A stretch of DNA of 63,871 nt, the filler included, from Folioceros fuciformis (taxonomy: Eukaryota): assembly GCA_049999805.1 (NCBI GenBank). It is 4 parts of 3 records of this genome, joined end to end, with 100 filler letters (N's around TTAATTAATTAA, not from the genome) between each part and the next. Parts side by side here need not be neighbours in the genome. Positions count along the whole stretch, not along the records: positions 21,432 to 46,234 come from JBNGIO010006283.1; positions 46,335 to 62,534 come from JBNGIO010006289.1; 2 more parts are not named here. One strand, written 5' to 3'. Positions 37,306 to 50,236 of the stretch are shown piece by piece. Both the position numbers and the translations under genes were made by a program. A model generated the notes under the pieces. It searched no databases. It saw nothing but the letters and a program-made list of their open reading frames with translations, and was not told the DNA's origin. Position 1 is the stretch's first letter; each line of letters begins with the position of its first letter.

Positions 37306-39879
37306 ATGTCTTTCTTAAAATTCCCTCAAGCCGGAGCCAATTTGTCTCCGTTTCTGACCCCTCAGCAGCAGCAGTTGCAACAACAACAAGGACTGCACTT
37401 GGCCAGCGCCGACGGCAATCCGCTCTCCTACCAGGCCAAGTGGAACGACATTCATCCCGATTCGCAACGACTGTTGCTGGAGATTGAGTGAGGGCCCTCG
37501 ACATGGATTGGTGCTTAGCAAGGAGGGGGTGCCATCGATCTCTCAGATGCCTTGGGTGGTGTTGCAGGGCACGGATTCTGGAGTACAGAGACGAGAGCCT
37601 ACGGCTGGACCAGTGCCAGCGCCTCTACGACACCTCGGCGCTGCACAAAGGCTTCGAAGCTGATGCAGCTCGATTTTGTCAGGTGCGGAACAAGTACGTA
37701 GGCGGGGTGGGATGGGGTGAGGGTTCCTTGCCCACTGGGATTTTTGGCCTTACCCCTCGATTCGTTCTGTGAGCTAGCAGGAGCTAAGCGGCATCTCGGC
37801 TGCCGTGGACCGCGAGCACACTTCTGTGCAGGACCTCATGCACGTGGCCAAAGACTTGATTCGCAATGCAGAGGTTGCCGTGCGCTCCTTCACAATTCTT
37901 CGCCAGCGACTTGCCCGGCCTTCGGTTGCCACTGCAGCCGCTGCTCCCGTAACAGCGGCTGCTCCAGCTTCTCTCCTCTTCTCGGCTGCCATTTCGCCTG
38001 CTGCGCCACCTCCCTCTCAGGCGGCGACACCCGTAGTGGAGTTTTATTGTGGCGTTCCCGTGAAACCATCTCCATTTTTGCAGCAGACGGTGGCCAGGTT
38101 CGAGCATGATCTCACAGAGTATCGGCAGAGGATCGAAGAGCTGGAGAGGCTGCTCCTGTCTGGTGCGGACAAGGAAAACGGTACCAAGGGCGCCGAGTAC
38201 TCCATGCTACAGTCGTTGCCAACAGTCATGTCCAATGTGCACGACTTTTTCATCCACGTTGCTGCGGAGGTGAGTCTCTTGACTCATACCGTTCACAGTT
38301 TCGGTGGAGACGCTGCTTGCTTACTTCAAGTCTTGAGCGACCGGTGCTGCTTGTTGTTGTTTCACACAGGTGGAGGCTCTTCACCAACAAATGGGAGTCT
38401 TGCGCACAGCATTTCTTGCAGATAGACGTCGCAGGGGGGATGATAGTGATCCTTTTGTTGAGGCTGACAGACGCGAGGCTGCTAAGCAAGAAGCTGCTGC
38501 GAGGCGCGTGCACCCAACTTTGAATGCAACTTCCCTGAACATTGGGGCAGGCCAACTGGGGGCATTGCAGGGTCCCTCTATGTTCGCAAGTAACCAGCAG
38601 GCTGCTCCTTCGACTGTTTGGAATCCCGCTCCAGCCCCAGCTGCCTCAACCTCGTTTTTCGGGTCAGGACTGTCCACTTTTGGGACACCAGCGACTCCTG
38701 CTCAGCAATCTCCCTTTGGAACTGGGGGCCAGACGTCGTTCGGCCAAGTGGCTACAACACCTTCCCCTGGGCAATCATTTTTTGGGTCCTCAACTCCTGG
38801 GTTACCTGGTTCCTCAAACCCTGGGTTGTTCGGAACTCCATCGGGTCTGACTTTCGGGTCCACAACGCCGGCGCTGTTTGGATCCACTGCGCCCTCTTTT
38901 GGAACTCCTTCACCGTCGCCTGGCCTGGCATTTGGTGGAGGTGCGACAGTTTGCTTCATTTCTGCCTCCTGCTTTCACTGGCTGCAGTTGTCTTCAGTTG
39001 CCTTTGGCCAACTCTATGTGTCGTGCTCTTGTCTAGCTTCCACACCAGGGAGCCTTTTTGGAAATACTCCTGCTACCCCTTTCGGTGCAACTCCAAGTCC
39101 CGGCACTGGTACCCCATTTGGTGCTACTCCAGCCCCTGGCACTGGCACCCCATTCGGTACAACAACTCCTGGCACAGCCAATCCGTTTGGTGCAGCACCA
39201 GGTGGCGGTCTGTTTGGACAAACTTCAGCGAACCTGTTTGGCACCCCATCACCTGCGTTCGGTAAACTTTGAAATCATCCTTGTCAGTTTGGCAGCCACA
39301 GGGTTCTCAGGGTCAGGGTGTTTTTAGTGGTTTGAGTTGGATGCGCATGTCTGCAGGTGCTCCTAGTACCGGAGGTTCACTCCTGGGTTCAGGACTTGCA
39401 TCAACTGTAAGTTTCTCCTTTTTAAGTACTGGACAGTAGTTGGTGGCGTATTTGCCCCTGTATTATATTGTGGATAACATTGTAAACTTATACTAGCTCT
39501 GTAAACCATGCATTGTCTCAGCTTAGGACCCGTTCCCTTGTCTACCTTTGGGTTTCTACTGGAAGAGAGATAGATTCGACCACTGGGCTTACATGCATGA
39601 GTAGCATGCATAGAAATGTAAATTACCCCATGTGGAATTGTGGGTAACTAGTTGTTCGTGGAAGCCTGATCCTCCATAGCTCTCTCTGTACTCAGCTAAG
39701 CAGGTGTAGAAGTAGCTGCCTGCCCATCATTGTGTGGGTTTTGTTAACTCTACCAACCGTTCTTCTTTGGGGTTAGAGCATCCTGGATTTAGAGTGTCAT
39801 GCTTGAAATGGCGGCTTGTCTTGTGTAGCAACAGGCTTCTTCAGCGAGACCGAGGCCAAGGGGCGCAAGACGGAGATAA
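37306..39879 (+). CDS. NUP58: Nucleoporin NUP58-like FG-repeat protein, multi-exon
   Basis: KWNDIHPDSQRLLLEIE|ARILEYRDESLRLDQCQRLYD, AKDLIRNAEVAVRSF, LPTVMSNVHDFFIHVAA and DPFVEADRREAAKQEAAARRVHPTL; many FG repeats; last exon QQASSARPRPRGARRR*. Confidence 0.9.
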
Positions 39880-40477
39880 GTTTTGCAGGTCAGATGTCTT
39901 ATTTAAGGTATTTTCCAAGTATGTCGTGGAAAATTGGAGAAAACTAAGTGTTCGCGATCCAAGATAAGCAACGGCTTGATCTGTTGTTGTTGCAGGACCT
40001 ACCCGCTCTCGGAATACTTGTTTCTTTTGAGTCGCGGGAAAAGTTTATGGAGTGATTGTCCGGAGTGTCCAGGTAAACGAATTTTGGATTGTTTGAACGG
40101 CGGGACGTCATCTTATTCATTTTTCATGTCCGGTAGCCGGTACAACAGTGTCATGTGGACAGTGACTGACCAAAAGTTGTACAGCTTGACGCAGATTGAG
40201 GTAGACGGGACATCTGCCTGTTACCCACTTTCAGTCAAGTGGCAATCGATGTTACCCAGGCGAGAGAAGACCGAAAAGAGTTCATGTATTAGATGGACGA
40301 AGAACGGCTGTCGGATTCCTGGACTGTGTCAACCGTGTCAAGCAGCGTCACATGTCGGCTGCTTGTGAAGGCACCTGGCCTATGCTTGGCCTATGATGAC
40401 ACAAACTATGTGCCTCCGAAAACCACATTTGTTCTAGTAGGAAACTTGGCGGCGCTTAATGAAATGGAGCAGGCAGC

Positions 40478-43400
40478 ATGGCATTTGTCGCCCGGAAGTG
40501 GGTCATACCACCTTGGGCACGTCGCCCTTGGCCGAAGGTCGATAGCTGTCCCGGCTCCTGGCGCTTGCTTCGTGGCTCTTGCTTGTATTGTATCCTGACT
40601 TATCTCCGTTGCCTTCCTTCCCCCATTTCCGCTTGCGAGTTGGAGACGCTGCCTTCGGTGAGAAGCTGTCCCAGAGCGTGTCCAAGCTGGCTTCCCACAA
40701 AGGCCCCCTCGGTGTACAACCTAGACGCGCTGTTACGTTGTGTTGAATTCGTTTGATTAAACGGGGCGGGGCAAGTAGCGGCGCGGCTTCATCATTGCTG
40801 AACTGACGCTTGGTGTTTGTGGCTGGGAAGGAGTATCGCCCGATGCGGCGCGACAAGCCCAAGAGCAGCAGCAACAGCAGCGTGGTGGAGTCCCTGAATC
40901 ATATTCAGACTCCCAACGAATGGTGCCAGCTGCTTGTGAATTCGCACGCCCCCTGTCCTCGGACCAAGGTACGTTACGTACATGATGGATTGAATGTCTG
41001 TATGTTGCTTGATCGGTAATCGATCATGAGATCTTCAATCCTTGCCAGATCCCGTTTCCTTTCCCTTTCCTTGTGTTTTCGTCCAACAAGCAGTGATGAA
41101 TTAAATTGTTCATAACTCAATGCCATCGACGTCGGAACTGGCGCCTCGATGAACGAATGAATTGTGCCATGGCAATCACAGCATGCGGCAACCATTGCGG
41201 GCCGCAGGATGTTCATTCTGGGTGGATCGTCTGCAGATGGTTTGCTTGACGATGTACAGGTAGGTGGGTCGCGTGATGCGTTCTTCGTATGTTCTTTACG
41301 TACGTGATTGACAGACAATGCATTTGGAGGTCCTCGGAGGTTACAAAGTACACTGGTCCCCGTCACGTACAGGTGTTCCATGCAGAGAAGCGGCTTTGGC
41401 TGAGGTTGAATTGGCACGGCCAGGGGAATGAAAGTAAGCAATCTCCCAGCGAACATCTGCAGCCGGTGGAGAGGGGCCCACAAAGCATGGGTCACCAAGT
41501 TGTGATCTGGGAGAAGAAGCTCTTCGTTGTGGGTGGGCAAAGCCAGCCTTCCTCCCTCTCAGTAACGGGTAGGCAGGATATCGCTCACCAAGCGCAAGCT
41601 TGTTCCTTTGAATCTTGCTTCACACAATTTCTGGCCAGCCACATATGCAGTATGTGTTCTGAACAGAGACAGCCTGCGGATTGGATTGCTGCAGTTCACA
41701 GGTTGAATTTGGAGAGTCACTGCTGGTCTCTGGTCTGCCCCAAGGGTGATGTACCGGTACGTACGTGATGGGCCGGCACCAACTCTGATTCTGACTCTGA
41801 CGCAATGAAGTTGTAATATTGGCATGGCGGGAAATGGATTCCCTTGCCATAACTCAGCTGAGCTCGTGATCTCGTGAGAAAATCCAGTCTATCTCTTGAG
41901 ACTGAGCTGGCCATTGCACTGATCATACATATCATCGAGTGTCACAGACGGGAAGGTGCGGGCAGAGCATTGTACAAGTGGGATTCATGCTCATCATGTT
42001 CGGAGGGGAAGATGTCAAGGGTAGGATCTTGAACGACCTGCACATCTTCGACCTCAAGCACCTGGTTTGGCTTCCTCTCAAGACCACGTAGGTGCCCCGT
42101 TACCTCCACTTGAAGTTGGGCGTGCTCACTAGTCACACCGTGCCTGCAGACCCTTCAAGAAGCTTTTCCTTTTGCAGAGGACCTAAGCCTGCACCGCGGA
42201 GGGACCATTCTGCTGCCTGTTACGGTGATCGCTACATGTGGGTGTTTGGGGGCAAGTCCCGGGCCGGCTACCTCAATGACGTGCATTGCTTGGATTTCCA
42301 AACTGTGAGTCTGCTTCATCTTTCACCTCTCGTTGCAACCTTCCAGCCAGCCTACCTATTCACGCACCTGGGCCATTGCAGATGGAATGGACTCGGGAGA
42401 AAGTGAAAGGAGCAAGTCCCAAACCACGAGCAGGCCAAGCTGGTGCCATTGCAGGATCCAAGTGGTTCATTGTAGGGGGGGAGTCCAAGGGCGAAGGTCT
42501 TATCCTCTTTCTCTCACCTTGAAATTAACGCATATGATGTTTAAATCGTCAGCTACTGACATTTTGACCCGGGTGCCTCCATCGCCGTTGTCGTGTAATT
42601 TGCAGAAGTGCAGGATACTATAGCATTTGATCTAGACAAGCACGAATGGTCTGTGGTGAACAACGTTCGGGCGGGATCACCCCTTGCAAATGATGTAAGT
42701 ACCGGCTCAGGTGTCAGATATAGGACAACACAGGCTTCTGATTAATATTGCCAAGAGTGTGGTCCAGGAACAACGTACTTTGTAGAAGCAGTCGTTTGCA
42801 ACATGTTCGACGGCGAACAATTGAAAGTTGTTACGCTTGCCGCTTGCCTTCAGGGCCTCAGTGTGGTGAAAGTCCGAAGCAACAGCAAGACCTTTCTTCT
42901 GGCTTTTGGAGGGCATGGAGCATCTTCCAGCAACCAGGTTGAGCTCTATCATCTACCATCTTCCTGACTTCGTACTTGGCAGCGCAAGAATGACCTTAAT
43001 GATCAGAAACGCAAAACACTGCATACAGGTTTATGCATTGCTGGTGCAACCACATCCTCGGTTCGGTGGTAGGCCAGGGGAAGACTGCAAGTCGGAGGGA
43101 TCGATGAACAGCCTCTCCATATCCCTTAACTTCCCACCCGCTCTCACCCTGGGACCAGTACCAGAGGGACAGGACCTTAGCCCGCCATCCCCAAAAACAG
43201 CCGTCCTGCGCTGGGACGCTTGTCGTCCAGGCCAAGAAGACATGGCATTTGACCACGATAAGGCAGATGCCTATCCTCTCGCGCAGTCGGAGGCCCATGC
43301 CTCGCTTGTGGATGACTCCAGAGAATTCAGAACTGGCTACTCAGGTCACCAGCACAATGAGGACTTGGAGCAGGTACGTCTCTCCCTGTCCCCGTGAATT

Positions 43401-44678
43401 CATGGGCAGCTGGTGCCCGTATACAAGAGATGGAGAACTGGACACTAAAGACGACTCACGTGTTGCTAAAGCTGCTTTCCGGTCAGTACGAAGTTGAGGA
43501 GGAGCCGCGACGCACCACAAGCAAGGACTACTTCCATGGTGACAGTTTCAATTCCAATGCTGGCAGCCGCAAGGCACTGGAACCCCTTGAGAGATCGTGG
43601 CAAGATCGCAGGCTGCAAGCTGCTGACATGAGCTCGCTGGATACGAGACCGTCTTCGGATGGCTTGAGAAGATCACAACCTTCAGAACTCCACGAAAAGC
43701 TTCTCACAGCTCTGCGAATCAACGAAGAACTGGAGGGGAAGCTGGCAGAGGCCCGTAGTACAAATTACGAAGCCAACAAAACTCTCCAGGTAGTTGTGAC
43801 GGAGAAGGAGGAGATGAGGAAGAAGCTTACGTCTGCCATGGCCTCCATCGATGAGCTGGAAGAAGAAGTGTTTAATCTGATGAAAAGCAAGAAAGAGATG
43901 GAGTCCAAGCTCAAAGCCAGCCTCAAGGCACTCGAGGAGTCCGACAAGAAGCTTCAAGTGGCTTCCCAGCTTCAGGAGAGTGCAGAGATGAGGTTGAGAT
44001 CTACTCTCCGGCTCAAGGAGGAGGTGGAGAAGCAACTGGCGACGCAGGGAAGGATGTTGGAAGAAACAGAAAGCTTGTGTGCAGACGAGTCGTCGGACAC
44101 GGACGCAACAACCAAGGCGTTGGAGAAGAAACTGGAGGAGCAACAGCAGCGGTTGGCAGCTGCCCTAAACGTCCAGGCTGTGTTAGAGGAGAAGCTGGCG
44201 ATTGCCCTCAAGGAAAAGAGAGAGCTGAAGGAGAAGGTGTTAGGAGCCATGCACAAGCAGGAGGCAGCAAGGTGCCAGTCGCAGACAAGCTCTGAAGAGA
44301 AGACAAAGATGGAGAAGGAACTTGGTCAGATGAAGGCGACGCTGAAAGAAACTCAAAGGGTATGGCACTACGCCTTTGAATGTGCGAGACGTATTTTCTC
44401 GTCGCCTTTACTGACCGATGCCATTCTAACACACAGGAACTTCAAGCCAAGGAATTGCAGATAACCGAGTTCCATTCCAAAGTGTTCGAATATCAGGTAG
44501 CGTTGATGGAAACAGGCATTACCTCTCCTACTTGTGATTTGGCTTCTGGATCTGCAAGCTGATCTGGTGTGCAACCGTGCAGGTGGAGTTATTCGACTTG
44601 AAGCAAAAACTACGAAGCTCGTCGGATGCAAGGGCGGTCTCGCAGGCAATTGCACCCAGTACGATCACAGTGCAGTGA
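40478..44678 (+). CDS. Kelch-repeat beta-propeller protein with a long C-terminal coiled coil (ACBP4/5-like architecture, no ACB domain seen)
   Basis: Kelch blades MFILGG, LFVVGG, LIMFGGED..GRILNDLH, PAPRRDHSA..MWVFGG and WFIVGG. E/K/L-rich heptads at ~43680-44620. Start uncertain. Confidence 0.82.
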
Positions 44679-45714
44679 CGACCTGTCCTAAACCCGGCCT
44701 GCAACTCCTCGACACACTCACTGGACACATCATATGCATATATTAAGAGGTGGGGGACCGTGCAGACTTGATGTATAGACTCCATGCAGAGATCAAAAGG
44801 CAGTCCAATCACCGGAGCTATGGAGCATACTATGTTATTTTAACATGGGTGTTAGATATGCGCACAGCTACATGCGTAGTCATGTCCTGCTCTAGCTTTG
44901 TCCTTGTACCGTGTTCTGAAAGAGGTGACCTTTCAAACCCGAGATTTCATGTTACAAGCTGCAAGGTTTCTTGGGGTGTGGAAACATCTTTTAGCTAATT
45001 TAAAATACTAGCAGTATATATTTTAAAATTATAAGGTGAAATGAAGCTGAAGAATTGGTTCATGCCTTAGAGAAAAGAAAAATAGTTTCTTGATCCTAAG
45101 ACGAAAACTGATTTGAAAAAATTTAAGTGAAAAGAACAAAAGCATGTTTTCGTAGGTACCCATCCCAACAATTAAGTGTTGCGAGGGCATCCATAGCATT
45201 TAGCCTCTAGACATTCTATCCAAAGTAATGATATAGAAGAAGAATGTCTTAGCACCTCATCTCTAAATACTAATCTAAGCATCACACCTTCTATGCACCC
45301 CATTTAAGTAGGCATCTTAACTCCACTACTTGTAGACAAACACCACACAAAAACAATCTTAACTCATTATGCTTATCCTCCGCTTCTTCTAGCTACCCCA
45401 TTATATCACCATGGCCACCCCTCCAAGCTTAGCTATGGTATACATGGTTAAATACCTAGACCCAAGATAAAAATATGTTCTTAGTGGGCTGTAATAGACT
45501 CCTTGTCTCTCAGCACCCACTTCTTATGAACCAAAGTTAACAACTCTCATCAACCATTGTACAAATGTGCATGCATTTGGTTTAAACTACTCCAATACAC
45601 ATAAATGATAATAAAAAAAATGAAATGATACATATCTTAGTATTAGTACTATATATTTCAACATTAAACTTCACACATTTGAGAGAGAGTTTTTGTCTAA
45701 GTGTGATGTCTCGG

Positions 45715-46234
45715 TCTATTAATTAATTAATTTATCATTAGGCGTATGCATCCGTGAGGCTATGACGCCGGAACGTGAATAAAAAACATGATTGAATGGA
45801 CACTTTGGGAAAGCGCAAAAGAAAGAAGATTAGAGCAAACAAAATAGCAAATCTAGATAGCTATGTCAATAAGCCTAAGTTAAGTAATCGCCAATCACCT
45901 TGAAGTAAGAGAGAAGTTTTTCCCTGAGTTTGGGAACACTAAGAAGTTGGCGGATATCGTAGTAAGAGCCTTGGATCCAAGTATTGCGAGTGGCCATACA
46001 CTGGCCAAGGATGTGATGACGAGTTTCTTCTAAAGACCTGCATTTCCGACAAAAAGGATCATTTGCAATGTTGAATGTCCTAAAGTAAGCCCTAATAGCC
46101 ATATGCCCAGTCCGAAGCTGGGTGAGAAATGATGAGAGCTTACGGTCATGGAGACCAAGGCGTTGTAGCATCGAGGCCGAAGAGCCACCAAGCACCACCC
46201 TCTTAAGCGCAGAAGCCTTAGTTGAGGAAACCCA
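45715..46234 (-). mobile_element. 3' end of a non-LTR retrotransposon ORF2 (I/Tad1-like C-terminal zinc finger), cut by the linker
   Basis: LTQLRTGH...DPFCRKC...EETRHHILGQC; short 3' UTR ending in a (TAAT)n-like tail near 45715-45740. Confidence 0.7.
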
Positions 46235-46334
46235 NNNNNNNNNNNNNNNNNNNNNNNNNNNNNNNNNNNNNNNNNNNNTTAATTAATTAANNNNNNNNNN
46301 NNNNNNNNNNNNNNNNNNNNNNNNNNNNNNNNNN
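46235..46334. other. Assembly linker N44-TTAATTAATTAA-N44
   Basis: Same construct as 21332-21431. Confidence 0.97.
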
Positions 46335-47607
46335 CTTCACTTCCTTCGCTTCCTTTTCGTGCTCTCCTTCCCCCCGAGACAGTGGAGCGACAAGGAAGAA
46401 TCCCAACCCCGCCGTGGATGCTGCTGTTCCCAAGCTCCCAGGCCTGCCACAGCTGGCGGGCGCTCACGTCAGCTCCCACCAGGGAGCTTCCATGCCAGAA
46501 TTGCGCACCCCAACACAAACACAGCTCGGGCCACGGCGTGCAACGCGGAGGCTCATGCAACTCGCCGCAGGAGCAGCCAGGCGATGACGATGGAGATGGC
46601 GACGGAAATGGCAACGGGCAGCAGCTCAAAGAGGAGTGGCAAGGGACAAGCAACGGCGACTGCGACAGCAACAGCAACAGCGGCGGGGGCGGCGACAACT
46701 AAGACGCTTCATGTGATCATGAGCCAGGCTAGGCCAGCGTTGCACAGGACGAGGAGCAGCAACAGGCTCGCCGCGAAGGACGTGGGGCACGCAGCATTCG
46801 GGGAAGCTGGGAAGCGGACGTGGGTTGTGTGTGGGCCGGGATAGCACGAAAAGCAAGGAAAGCCTGGCTCGGGCCGGGCCAGGGGCCGAGGCCAAGGCCA
46901 AGGCCAGGGCTTTCCTCCCTCCTCCTTCCACCGCCATTAATGTGTTAACGCCACAAACTGCACTGCAATGGCAGGCCCCGTTCACTGCACGCCGTTCCAT
47001 CTCAATCCGTTCCGTGCGGCGGGCCCTTCCTTCCGCGGCAAAACGGAAATTGGAATCATCCCGGGGCCAGGACTCTATAGTCTCTCTCACGCGACCCCTC
47101 GGCCCCGGTGCTTCTTCCAAAATTGAAACGGAGCAAAAGAAATAAAAGGAGGAGGTGCAGCGCTCATCGTGCCGCCTCGTCCCCTCCCAACACGAGGACG
47201 AGGCCGCGGGGATGAATCGATTCGCGATTCCATGCTTCGAGTGTGCCCCAATCTCGGCGTGTGAAGGCGGAAATTCCAGTTTCGCATCTGGACAATTTTG
47301 AATCGTACCAAACCCCCAAAATGGGCGTTCCGTGTCCATGCCTTGAAAGACCGGGCAGGATTCATGGGGAGGCGACCCACATGCTCCAAGAGTCGACGAG
47401 GGAGCCCCATCTACTACTGCTAACGAGACGAGAAGGCTTTTGGGCTTTTGGGATATGCTAACACGGCAGGTCATAAATGTGGATTCCGCGGCCATTGATT
47501 GGGAGAGGAAGGGGGGATGAGCCCACTGGGCTGGCGCCTTGTGCAAGCCCTTTCCTCGACTGCGGTGCCCGCCCGGCTCTGCCAGATTTCCTGCGATCAC
47601 CTGCGGA

Positions 47608-47740
47608 TAGGGCTACGGCTAGGGCTACGGCTAGGACTAGGACTAGGACTAGGACTAGGACTAGAACTAGAACTAGAACTACAACTAGAACTAGAACTAG
47701 AACTAGGGCCAAGCCTAGGGCTAGGGTTAAGCCTAGGGCT
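47608..47740. repeat. Compound hexamer microsatellite (CTAGGG/CTACGG)-(CTAGGA)n-(CTAGAA)n
   Basis: Directly visible. Confidence 0.9.
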
Positions 47741-48729
47741 CTGACAAGGCTAGCCTCTTAGGCGTTGCCACGCGCATGGCAACCGACGCTTTGGCCTATT
47801 GGCATCGCACCGCCGGGGCAGGAGCCAGGGCCGGGGCCCCAGGACCGGGGCCACTCTCTTCATTGTCTCTGCTCTGCTCTGCACGGCACACTGTCCCGTT
47901 GGAACTTTGTTGCGTGCGTATCCTTTCAAATTTTATGTCTTGGCTTTACCGTGCGATCTCCCTTTTCTCTTGACTTCAAACTTGTCTTATGGTGTTGCAA
48001 AAAAATACAAAACAATATTGCGGCATTGCTCCCGAAGCTTCACACCAGTCTTCGTCACGATTTATTGTCATGCTGCAATACACGTATTTCAACTGGAAAG
48101 CATAACTAGTTTATGAATTTTTTATATTATATATGAATTCTTTTTTTTCACTCCATGTAAAATATTTAGTAGGAGAATATATGAGGAGGCAGAAGACTTG
48201 CTTTTGCTTAGTCCTTTCCTAGGACAAGGCAAATATATATAAATATATATGAGTACTTATTGTCTTCATGTGTGACCTCGATTTTTTTTTTTTTTGTACT
48301 GTAATAAATATAACTATGTGACTACATCCCAATAATTGTTTCTCACATTATATTGATCGTCCTTGTTTCCTTATAGTGTCTTTGTATTGTACATTCCAAT
48401 AACTAATACATGAGAACAATAAAGCTGAGATAACTCAAAATATAAGTTGTAAGTTCTTTTTTATAATCTTTCTGTACCGTACACATTGTAATAAGTCACA
48501 CATGAGAACAATCAAATTTAGATAACCCAAATTATAACTTGTAAGTCATCCTTGAGCACTAACTTTCTATTCACCATTGGACAACCTTATCTCATTTAAC
48601 AGGTAGTTTTTATCCATACTCAAATACACATTTAACAGGTAGTTTTTATCCATACTCAAATACAATAACATTGATATCTTGCATTCTTTTCAAAATATTT
48701 ACTCTATCATAAGCTGGTTCTTTCAATGT

Positions 48730-49100
48730 GTAAGCGCCAAAAGTTCATAAGTATTCTCTTCTGTAAGATGGGCATACTTTCATCCCCTTGCTCTTGAGAC
48801 CCATACTTTCATCCCCTTCCTCTTGAGACCCATGGGACTATGAGCAAGGACTTTTCAAGGTTTATCAAGAAGTGCACAAACTTTTATCAGAACCATAGAA
48901 ATGTTGTTCTCCCTCTTTCCTCTGTGGTGGCCATCTTTGGACAACGCGTATCCATTGCTTCGCAAAGAGCATTGGCCAATTCGGTTTTTAGAACAACAAC
49001 AAACACAGGTCAAGCAACTTCTTTGGCACGAGCCTGCTTGGCACGCACTTGTATGCGCCCAACGACTGACATCAGCGAAACAATAGCATTTTCTTATTAA
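48730..49100 (+). mobile_element. CRE-like RLE non-LTR retrotransposon 3' fragment (copy C)
   Basis: KVHKYSLL*DGHTFIP/LALETHG.MSKDFSRFIKKC...VVAIFGQRVSIASQRALANSVF; internal ~29-bp duplication. Confidence 0.65.
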
Positions 49101-50045
49101 ATGGCCTATGGGCCATGCAGCAACAAGTCAAATGTATGCAAATGTTCTAAATGTGCCATATAGTGTCCACTAATCGTCACTAACATATCACGACATGAAA
49201 CAATTAATAAGTCCAAGATAATCAAAGAGCTGCTATTTAGGCACTCTCTTCTTTTGCCTCGTTTTCAACAATCACTTGGGGCTGTCACCAAACATGTATG
49301 TAGAAGTGTCTTCCCCATGTAGCGCACCGTGAGCCCTTGCACGTGTTCACGCTACAGTTCTCTGAGGGCTACATCTTACTACTCAATCAGTGCCCTTGGC
49401 CACTTCAGCTATACCTTCTACTTCATTGTGTGGGCATTATGGCACATGCATATTCATGTCTAGCCGGATTCCCTCTCTTATGACGCCGTTGTGGTGTGAT
49501 CCTCTACAATCGGAGGTCATTGGTGCAACTCATACAACTTAGCTTTGATTTTCTCTTGCGTCAATAACTGTAAAGTGCTATCATGGGTTAAAGAGAATCC
49601 ATATGCCAATATAAAGGTTTCTACAATGAAAATCCAATCCAAGGACACTACATTCGGTTGCGCGATCATTTGCCACTCTTCCTCGGCTGCTTGGATGGAC
49701 ATATTTCCTATGGAAGATATCTCTCTTCAAATGCATTTGCATTCTCCATCACCCACCTCTATATCAGAAGGGTTTGCTCGAGTGACGTGAAGTTTACCTC
49801 TTCCCCTTGGACAATTCAAAATGGTCGATTTCGGTCATCACCTTTGCAAGGCACAGTAATCATGTTCCCTTTTTGATTTTTGTCTACATTGCCATGAAGC
49901 CTTCCTCCTTTCATCTCTACAGTGCGGGTAGGTCTATAGTTTTTAATATACATATGTTTGCCTTCAATAAGCATCTGTTCTGGCGGCTCTTTCTTTTCTA
50001 GAACAAAATATTTGTTACCCACATGGTCGGAAGGACTATCTTCTT

Positions 50046-50236
50046 AGTTTGAGGTGCTTTGCGAAGCGTTTAATCAAAGTTTAGTGCTTTACTAATTGAT
50101 ACAACTGATTACAAGAGGTGGGCTTTTATAGCCTGTGTATGAAGAGTTGTACCTCTTCAGTATGAGATACCAAAGGGTATGACAACACTAGGTTAAGCTA
50201 AGCTAACCATAACCAACGCGGTCTGTACTTCTAACT
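50046..50236 (-). repeat. 3' LTR (191 bp)
   Basis: About 93% identical to 54906-55097 by manual count; contains a TATA-like CTATAAAAG on the minus strand. Confidence 0.93.

Noticed and set aside
45719-45730. Fourth assembly linker (TTAATTAATTAA)
   Set aside because: No flanking Ns; better explained as the LINE 3' tail or AT-rich sequence.
46335-47761. GC-rich ORFs including the 324-aa minus-strand ORF
   Set aside because: Low complexity and open in several frames. It could be the end of a gene cut by the linker, but no frame can be chosen.
48592-48664. 36-bp perfect tandem duplication (similar short doublets at ~8352, ~56287, ~63434)
   Set aside because: Ordinary local slippage duplications with no further structure.
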